A DNA stretch of 64,000 bases, from positions 86,439 to 150,438 of the forward strand of contig JANQGX010000032.1 of assembly GCA_028282885.1 (NCBI GenBank), given 5' to 3'. This DNA is from SAR324 cluster bacterium (GTDB lineage Bacteria; SAR324; XYD2-FULL-50-16). Of this stretch, positions 57,052 through 64,000 are shown piece after piece. The number at the start of each line of letters is the position of its first letter. Position 1 is the stretch's first letter. Under the pieces are notes generated by a model. It was not told the origin of the DNA. It saw only the letters and a program-made list of their open reading frames with translations, and made no database searches. The translations under genes and the position numbers were made by a program.

Positions 57052-59357
57052 TCCCTGTCCCCGGCTTTTTTCCTGGGCTTTCCACCGGTGGGCAGTTTGA
57101 TAATGAACTTAGCTCCCTTTCCCGGCTCGGATTCAACGACCATCTCACCACCATGGTTTTCAGTAATAATAAAATACGAGACGCTCAATCCGAGACCGGT
57201 TCCTAATCCTGCTGACTTGGTAGTGAAAAAGGGTTCGAAGACCCGCTTGCGAGTGAACTCATCCATTCCGGGACCGTTATCCTCGATCTCCAAACAGATC
57301 CTTTTCCGTTCTTTCTCAAATCCGATCCGGAGGATAAAGGTCGGATTGATTGTCCCAGATTTCTGCATGGACTGCGCTCCGTTACTGAGGATATTGAGAA
57401 TAACCTGCTGAATTTTGGCTCCTTCGCAGGGTACCGGGGGTATATGTTCTTCATACTCCTTTACGATCTGCACTTTTTTGAAATCATAATGCTTTTTCAG
57501 ACTATAATCGGCAGCCGCCAGTTCCAGGGTCTTGTCCAGTAATTGTGGTAAATAGTGGGACGATTTCTGATCATCGCTCTTTCGTGCAAAACTGAGCATA
57601 TTGGAGACGATTTCAGAGACTCTCTGCCCGGATTCATTGATCGCGTCAATCATAGTGGGGATACCCCGGGTTTCCATATAGGTTTTGATATCCCTGAGAT
57701 CAATGCCGATCGATTCCGCAACCTTCTGATTGGCCTGCATGGAGATATTGATTAACCGCTCCTTCATTACATTCGCGGTTTGTATCATCCCGGCCAGTGG
57801 ATTGTTGATTTCATGTGCCATCCCGGCTGCGAGACCACCAACGCTGAGCATTTTTTCGCTTTGGATCATCATCTCTTCCATACGCACTTTATCCGTCACC
57901 TCGTCAATTCGGATAACTGCACCTTCGGTTCCGTTGGTGATCAGGGGGTAGATGGTGATATCTTCATAACGAAGCTTGCTGCCGTCAGCTACTTTCTTTT
58001 TTCGTTCCTGGATTACACTACGGGTGCGAATACTTTCGGAAATCTTGTTGAACTCCTCCGCTAACCTTGGAAAAAGCGATTCCAGGGTTTTCCCCAGGGC
58101 ATCACTGGCTTCGATGCCGGTGCGATTTTCTGTTGCCTTGTTCCACTGGGTCACATTTCCATCGTTATCTACGCCTACCAGGATGGATGGCATGGAATTG
58201 ATGATGTTGGAGAGATAGTTGCGCAATTGAATAATCTTCTCTTCCGCTTTTTTTTGCTCGGAGATATCGCTTGCAGTGATTCCCAGGCCGTCGTCCACCT
58301 TAAATACTCGAACATAAAGATGCATCTTTCCGTAGCTGAGATTGACTTCATCCGTTTCGTAGTGGTGGGGAACACCCGTTTCCATCACCTTCCTGTAGGC
58401 TTCCAACCGCCCTCTCTCTTCAATACCCGGAACGAGAGTTCGTATGTTTTTCCCTACCAGGTCTTCCTTGAGGGTGCCCGGGGGACTCAAAGCAAGGGCA
58501 GCCAGATTCATATCCACCAGGTTCAGTTCAGTATCCCAGAGTGTGCTCGCATCCACAGCCGAGTCCATGAAGTTTTTCATTTTTAACTGGCTGAGCCTTA
58601 ACTCTTCCTGTGCTTCCTTAATTTCAGTGCACTCTTCTGCCACTCCATGAAACCAATCTTTCTCCGGAATCAGATTCCCGGAATATCGCACCCACATGAT
58701 AGAACTGTCGTTGCGGTAAAATCGAGCTTCAAAACTGGAAATCTGTCCTTTGGCTATCAGTTCGGATGCCATTCTTTCCCTGGTTCCGGGATCGACATAT
58801 CTGTCGATTATATTAAAATTGTCAGACAGCATCTCTTCTCGGTTTTGGTAACCAAAAAGATGGGCTAAACGGTCATTACAATCCACCAGATATCCATCGC
58901 CAATCGATGATCTGAACATGCCGACCTGCGAATTCATAAACATGTGTTGATAGGTGTCTTCCGCCAGTCTTCTTTCGGCTTCCATGCTTGCCATACGCAA
59001 AGCCATTTCCACGGTCACTTTGACAGCCTGGTCACGGATGGGTTTTATCAGAAATCCATAACTGGTAGGGATTTTATCCTTCTCAATCTGATCAATGTCT
59101 CTATCGTAAAGGCAGAAGATGATCGGTACATCCGATTTGGAAAGAATGATTCCGGCCGCGTCACCTCCTTTGATCGGTCCTTTCAGCTCCAGATCCATCA
59201 GGATAAGGTCGGGTTTTTCCTGATCAGCCAGGTTAATAATGGCATCACCGCTGTCAACCAAAACGATTTGACTGTAACCCAGACTTTTCAAACTGATTTC
59301 CAATTCAGCGGAAGTATACGGATCTTCTGCAGCTATCAGAATTCTGGTGTTCTCCAT
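57048..59357 (-). CDS. hybrid signalling protein: N-terminal receiver, PAS domains, HisKA, HATPase
   Basis: Receiver (ILIAAEDP...DLILMDLEL), two or more PAS, H-box HEINNPLAGM, N/G boxes (NILSNGAQSM; DNGPGMD; GTGLGLS). Confidence 0.85.
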   Translation of the reverse strand: MENTRILIAAEDPYTSAELEISLKSLGYSQIVLVDSGDAIINLADQEKPDLILMDLELKGPIKGGDAAGIILSKSDVPIIFCLYDRDIDQIEKDKIPTSYGFLIKPIRDQAVKVTVEMALRMASMEAERRLAEDTYQHMFMNSQVGMFRSSIGDGYLVDCNDRLAHLFGYQNREEMLSDNFNIIDRYVDPGTRERMASELIAKGQISSFEARFYRNDSSIMWVRYSGNLIPEKDWFHGVAEECTEIKEAQEELRLSQLKMKNFMDSAVDASTLWDTELNLVDMNLAALALSPPGTLKEDLVGKNIRTLVPGIEERGRLEAYRKVMETGVPHHYETDEVNLSYGKMHLYVRVFKVDDGLGITASDISEQKKAEEKIIQLRNYLSNIINSMPSILVGVDNDGNVTQWNKATENRTGIEASDALGKTLESLFPRLAEEFNKISESIRTRSVIQERKKKVADGSKLRYEDITIYPLITNGTEGAVIRIDEVTDKVRMEEMMIQSEKMLSVGGLAAGMAHEINNPLAGMIQTANVMKERLINISMQANQKVAESIGIDLRDIKTYMETRGIPTMIDAINESGQRVSEIVSNMLSFARKSDDQKSSHYLPQLLDKTLELAAADYSLKKHYDFKKVQIVKEYEEHIPPVPCEGAKIQQVILNILSNGAQSMQKSGTINPTFILRIGFEKERKRICLEIEDNGPGMDEFTRKRVFEPFFTTKSAGLGTGLGLSVSYFIITENHGGEMVVESEPGKGAKFIIKLPTGGKPRKKAGDRD

Positions 59358-59630
59358 TTGTTTGGACTATTGGTTTTCAGGTCGGTTTTTGAATTGTTTT
59401 GGATAAACCGATAATCAATCAAATGCCAGGGGTGATTATCCATTTGGATCAGGCTTCATGGTACAGGAAAAGCTCCAGAACCTCAAAAGGTATTTACAGG
59501 AGCTTTCCTGCTCGGGATTGCTAAGATTTTGGGGGCAATTTCTAATTAAAATGTCAACAGAAAATGCAGCCCTTCCTACTGCAGTAGAAGCCACACATAA
59601 AGGTCAGAATAATAATGATTCTTTTATCTG

Positions 59631-62256
59631 GTCTCATTCCACGCTCCCGCGGGGGGAGTGACGAGTTATCATTCTGGAAAACCATTCAGCAAGCGGAGTT
59701 TCAATCCACGCTCCCGCGGGGGGAGCGACCCAGGCCCATATGGCGAGAGTTGGTATTTATGGAGTTTCAATCCACGCTCCAGCGGGGGGAGCGACGCCGT
59801 CTTATCGCCTCAATCGAAGTATTGTCATAGTTTCAATCCACGCTCCAGCGGGGGGAGCGACGATCTGTTGGAAAAAATTAAATATACCCAGCGAGGCTTC
59901 AATCCACGCTCCCGCGGGGGGAGTGACGCGTCTGCAATCTTTTGTTCGTCGATTTCATACCAGTTTCAATCCACGCTCCAGCGGGGGGAGCGACTCAATA
60001 GCAATGCGTATTTCCAGAGCTGCTAAAGTTTCAATCCACGCTCCCGCGGGGGGAGCGACAAACTTTTGATGATGAATCGACTGTCCAGGGCTGTTTCAAT
60101 CCACGCTCCAGCGGGGGGAGCGACTTCATCGGAGGGGATGATTTTCTCTTTGGAGTCATAGTTTCAATCCACGCTCCCGCGGGGGGAGCGACTTTTGGGC
60201 GCAACGGTATTTTTACCAAACACTTATTGTTTCAATCCACGCTCCCGCGGGGGGAGCGACTGATTTTCGATTAACCGGCGCTTCAGCAGGGTCTTGTTTC
60301 AATCCACGCTCCCGCGGGGGGAGCGACCACTGATACTGAGGGGGTTTTCACTTTCACCGAAGTTTCAATCCACGCTCCCGCGGGGGGAGCGACGAGGTAA
60401 GGTGGAGATTGTATCAATCAGCTGATTGTGTTTCAATCCACGCTCCCGCGGGGGGAGCGACGAAGTTGATCGGGAAAGACTGCAATTCGGTCAACTGTTT
60501 CAATCCACGCTCCCGCGGGGGGAGCGACTGTCAGTTCCCTACAGCATAGGGAAATCAAAGAAGTTTCAATCCACGCTCCCGCGGGGGGAGCGACTTATGT
60601 TCAATCCAGCGGGAGCGATGATGTCAACTGTTTCAATCCACGCTCCCGCGGGGGGAGCGACCCGAGATCGGAAAGACAATCTTGATCGTTTCATAGTTTC
60701 AATCCACGCTCCCGCGGGGGGAGCGACCACCGTTGCTCCTATTACAGCAAATGATCAAATTTAGTTTCAATCCACGCTCCCGCGGGGGGAGCGACGGATT
60801 ACTTTATTTCTTCATGCTCGATTTTTTCAAGTTTCAATCCACGCTCCCGCGGGGGGAGCGACCACTCATAACAATGGTATCTGGAAATGATGAAATAGTT
60901 TCAATCCACGCTCCCGCGGGGGGAGCGACGAGTTTGCTTCCTTGAGCGCCCCATCTATCTTGATGTTTCAATCCACGCTCCCGCGGGGGGAGCGACGAAG
61001 TAGGATTCAGAGACTTTAGCCGGATCAGTGGGTTTCAATCCACGCTCCCGCGGGGGGAGCGACATCACATAGCCTTTCTTGATATACATTCCAGGTGTGT
61101 TTCAATCCACGCTCCCGCGGGGGGAGCGACGAAACTGGATGCCAGGGACTTGTGGTTTGGAATGTTTCAATCCACGCTCCCGCGGGGGGAGCGACATGGA
61201 AGATAAAATCGTTGAACTAACCCCCGAAGTTTCAATCCACGCTCCCGCGGGGGGAGCGACACGATTGCCCCATTAAACAGTCTGACTATCCTATCGTTTC
61301 AATCCACGCTCCCGCGGGGGGAGCGACTTGGTGTAATTCTGGATTATCCATTCCATTAATGGTTTCAATCCACGCTCCCGCGGGGGGAGCGACGTTCAGG
61401 ATGCCAATCTTTCCGCTCATGTTTATAGTTTCAATCCACGCTCCCGCGGGGGGAGCGACCGAATTTCAGCCGATCCTGTTCATTGCAGATGAGTTTCAAT
61501 CCACGCTCCCGCGGGGGGAGCGACTAAACATAGAGATCATCAAGAACGGCAATTAAAAGTTTCAATCCACGCTCCCGCGGGGGGAGCGACGCAAGCTTCA
61601 AAAAGGCCCATGCTTCAAAGACGGAGTTTCAATCCACGCTCCCGCGGGGGGAGCGACTTTTAAACATATTCCGAGACGTTCTCAAATTAATGTTTCAATC
61701 CACGCTCCCGCGGGGGGAGCGACACTTCCTTGATATTTATCATCTCTCCTTCGACGTCGTTTCAATCCACGCTCCCGCGGGGGGAGCGACCCTCTGTTCA
61801 GGGCTCCGGAAGCTTCGAAATATTGTTTCAATCCACGCTCCCGCGGGGGGAGCGACACTGAAATATTCTGTTGAAAAGCCATTGTTGGATAGTTTCAATC
61901 CACGCTCCCGCGGGGGGAGCGACGCAAAAAATGCAAAACTGCAGTTTCAAAAAAATGGTTTCAATCCACGCTCCCGCGGGGGGAGCGACCATCAAAGAAA
62001 CGCTCTTCTTTGTGATATCCAGTGTTTCAATCCACGCTCCCGCGGGGGGAGCGACTTTTTCTGCTTCGGGTATTTGCGGGCAATAGCGGTGTTTCAATCC
62101 ACGCTCCCGCGGGGGGAGCGACTCGCTGTCTCTTGCGACTGAAAGCGAACCTAGAACTGTTTCAATCCACGCTCCCGCGGGGGGAGCGACTCCAGGTAGA
62201 ATCGAGTATTATCACCGCTGTATCGTTTCAATCCACGCTCCCGCGGGGGGAGCGAC
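59631..62256 (-). CRISPR. type I-C CRISPR array, 40 repeats / 39 spacers
   Basis: 32-bp repeat, plus-strand form GTTTCAATCCACGCTCCCGCGGGGGGAGCGAC = reverse complement of I-C-type GTCGCTCCCCCCGCGGGAGCGTGGATTGAAAC; spacers 33-36 nt; degenerate/variant repeats (GTCTCATTCC..., ...CCAGCGG..., ...GAGTGAC) cluster at low-coordinate (leader-distal) end. Confidence 0.95.
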
Positions 62257-62445
62257 TGTAGCGGTATTAAAGTTAGATTTTTCAATCCATTAAGCTACTT
62301 GTACCGCTAACCACTGTTTTCTTCGTTAAACAAGAAAACGTATTTTTTATCAAATCAATGAAAATCATTATTTTAATCAAATATTTCAGAATGATACTGT
62401 ACTGCGCTAATCCAACGGCAACTTCTTATGAACTTAGGGGTAGCG
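62257..62445 (-). promoter_or_regulatory. CRISPR leader (AT-rich) between cas2 and array
   Basis: AT-rich 189-bp segment adjacent to newest repeat; contains a truncated repeat remnant TTTCAATCCA at ~62277..62289. Confidence 0.5.
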
Positions 62446-62751
62446 CTATACGATTATTGGATCATCGGGAGAAGAAACTGCTTTAGCTCCGAAATGTTCA
62501 ACCCTGCGTTTCCAATTTGAACCAAGGTAGTAGAAACGAAGTGAATCCTCTTCGGGGTAATAGGTGCTCAACAAACGAGCTTTCAATTTTTCCCATTGTC
62601 CCGGATCGACATTACACTCGAAGACTGAATACTGAACACGTTGTCCAAAATCCAGACAGTGTTTGGCAATTCGCCTCAGTCTTCGTTCTCCGTCTCTCTC
62701 AATTGTTGCCACGTCATAAGATACAAGAACCAGCATTTGAATCATCTCCAA
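62446..62751 (-). CDS. cas2: CRISPR-associated endoribonuclease Cas2
   Basis: 101 aa, MLVLVSYDV... Cas2 N-terminal motif; overlaps cas1 end. Confidence 0.9.
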   Translation of the reverse strand: MEMIQMLVLVSYDVATIERDGERRLRRIAKHCLDFGQRVQYSVFECNVDPGQWEKLKARLLSTYYPEEDSLRFYYLGSNWKRRVEHFGAKAVSSPDDPIIV

Positions 62752-63773
62752 ATAAAAGCAGGATAATAGTCCAGATCACCTCTGATATGTCTTGATAGCA
62801 GTATGGTTTGTACATGGAATAGCAGTCCGATCTTGATCTTTTCCTTCAAAATCGGATGGTTAAGTGTTTCCTGTTTTCGCTTCTGGTAGGCTGTGAGCAA
62901 TGTTTTCCTTGCTGTGTCAGACATTAACACAGCTCCGTTTTCAGTATTCTTAAAATCGCTAATCTTCAGTTGCTGAAGATTGATGAGGCTTAGAGCAAGG
63001 CGATCCCCAAGAAAAGCCCTGAACTCTTCCAGCAGATCCAAAGCCAGACTTTGTCGGCCGGGGCGGTCTCTATGTAGAAAACCAACATAAGGATCTAATC
63101 CCACACCTTCCAGCGCAGAAACGCAATCTTGTAACATAATGGCGTAAATGAATGAAAGAAGGGCATTTACCGGATCTCTCGGAGGTCTTCTGTTTCTTCC
63201 TGCAAATTTAAAATCATCCTTTTGCTGTGTAATCAGATTTTGAAAATTCTTAAAATAGCAGTTGGCAGCTTCACCTTCTCTACCACGAAGAGAATCAAGA
63301 TCCGCTATGTTCTGAACTTTTCCAAGTGTTCTTTTTAATTCCGCGACGGCGATTTTGAGATCTGTAGCTCCGGCACATTCAGGATTATTACGCAACATTC
63401 TCTGGAATACCGTCCGGCTGTTAGAGATTTTTGAAGCTACTATGAACCGGGATATACTTGTCGATTTAACGGGGTCATCAGCCCATCGGTATTGCTCCCT
63501 TCTCAACAGCACGTTACCGGTTTGAGGTCCCTGAATCCTTGCCTGGAATCGACCATATTCACTGAAATGAGCTATACCAATGCCGTTCTGGCTGCAGGCA
63601 AGCATCAGTTGAGGTGAAAGCGATATCCTTCCGAGACAGAAGATATTGGATAAGGTCAATAGAGGAAGCTGCAGTGCTTTTTTTCTTTCAATCTCCACAA
63701 CCACGGTTTCCCGATCTTTATGGAGGTATGCTCCTTCTGTAGTTACAAAGAGTGTATTCAGTAGTTTCTTCAA
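62742..63773 (-). CDS. cas1: CRISPR-associated endonuclease Cas1 (type I-C)
   Basis: 343 aa, MKKLLNTLFVTTEGAYL... typical Cas1 N-terminus and conserved acidic residues; TTG start overlapping cas4 stop. Confidence 0.9.
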   Translation of the reverse strand: MKKLLNTLFVTTEGAYLHKDRETVVVEIERKKALQLPLLTLSNIFCLGRISLSPQLMLACSQNGIGIAHFSEYGRFQARIQGPQTGNVLLRREQYRWADDPVKSTSISRFIVASKISNSRTVFQRMLRNNPECAGATDLKIAVAELKRTLGKVQNIADLDSLRGREGEAANCYFKNFQNLITQQKDDFKFAGRNRRPPRDPVNALLSFIYAIMLQDCVSALEGVGLDPYVGFLHRDRPGRQSLALDLLEEFRAFLGDRLALSLINLQQLKISDFKNTENGAVLMSDTARKTLLTAYQKRKQETLNHPILKEKIKIGLLFHVQTILLSRHIRGDLDYYPAFIWR

Positions 63774-64000
63774 TCATCCTCCTGAAAAAGGATTTCTTCA
63801 TAACGTTTACGTTTTATCACACTGTTCAATTTAGGATTGCATATGTCAAAGAGAGAGCAACTTTTGCATCTTTTCTCATATTCAGGTTTCGGAGTTACGC
63901 CCTTTGAGATTAGACGATGCAGTTTTTCCGTGAGTCTTTTTGTTTCCTCTCTCAGGTTGTCATCAAAGCAGATATTTGTTCGGCGTCGTTTTTCTCCATA
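63770..64000 (-). CDS. cas4: Cas4 (C-terminal fragment; gene continues beyond window end)
   Basis: Manual translation ...YGEKRRRTNICFDDNLREETKRLTEKLHRLISKGVTPKPEYEKRCKSCSLFDICNPKLNSVIKRKRYEEILFQEDD*; C-terminal Cys cluster C-x2-C-x5-C typical of Cas4 Fe-S site; stop overlaps cas1 start. Confidence 0.75.
   Translation of the reverse strand, partial: YGEKRRRTNICFDDNLREETKRLTEKLHRLISKGVTPKPEYEKRCKSCSLFDICNPKLNSVIKRKRYEEILFQEDD

Noticed and set aside
59615-62261. Numerous 60-150-aa ORFs on both strands (e.g. 59658..60026, 61690..62142, 61828..62097) with recurring peptides FNPRSRGGSD / QSTLPRGER / VSIHAPAGGAT
   Set aside because: They are frame translations of the 32-bp CRISPR repeats, not genes.
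1-64000. Looked for tRNA/rRNA genes, transposases/IS elements, integrases and phage genes
   Set aside because: None recognised by eye; the window appears to be core chromosome plus the CRISPR locus. tRNAscan/Infernal would be needed to exclude small RNAs.

Overview
This 64 kb window appears to be chromosomal DNA from an anaerobe, most likely a Desulfobacterota-like lineage. The markers supporting that are rubredoxin, rubrerythrin, a flavodiiron protein, cytochrome bd, an AprAB-like pair, in-frame UGA (Sec) usage and a type I-C CRISPR. All annotation is by eye from the sequence and the six-frame ORF track; no homology search or RNA folding was run. The window contains, in order:
- A dipeptide/oligopeptide ABC transporter operon (dppBCDF-like), with the substrate-binding protein not in window.
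- An APS-reductase-like flavoprotein plus small 2x[4Fe-4S] ferredoxin pair in non-canonical A-B order.
- sthA, xth and a rubredoxin missing from the ORF track.
- Lipid and signalling genes: a CDP-alcohol phosphatidyltransferase, a sterol-desaturase-family protein, an HD-GYP protein and a CheA-type kinase.
- A DedA/TVP38 membrane domain fused to an FAD disulfide oxidoreductase.
- An oxygen/ROS-defence island of about 12 kb, described below.
- A MoxR ATPase plus CoxE-like VWA pair, and two PAS hybrid histidine kinases.
- A TPP riboswitch with no recognisable thiamine gene downstream.
- An ECF transporter (S-T-A-A') next to a nucleoside hydrolase, with a ribokinase and GntR regulator nearby.
- A GGDEF-hemerythrin diguanylate cyclase.
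- The end of a type I-C CRISPR-Cas locus: a 40-repeat array, a leader, cas2, cas1 and a partial cas4, with the rest of the cas operon beyond the window.
The defence island holds a rhodanese-rubrerythrin fusion and three paralogous ferritin-like diiron proteins. It also holds ferritin, a 2-subunit 2-oxoacid:ferredoxin oxidoreductase, reverse rubrerythrin, rubredoxin, a flavodiiron O2 reductase and cydAB. It further contains an ArsC-family gene whose catalytic Cys codon is an in-frame TGA followed by a SECIS-like hairpin. The most notable observations are the selenocysteine-ArsC candidate, the two unannotated rubredoxins, the rubrerythrin-like paralog expansion with a recurring TATCATA promoter motif, the orphan TPP riboswitch, the inverted AprAB-like pair, the DedA-FAD fusion and the nucleoside-salvage ECF locus.
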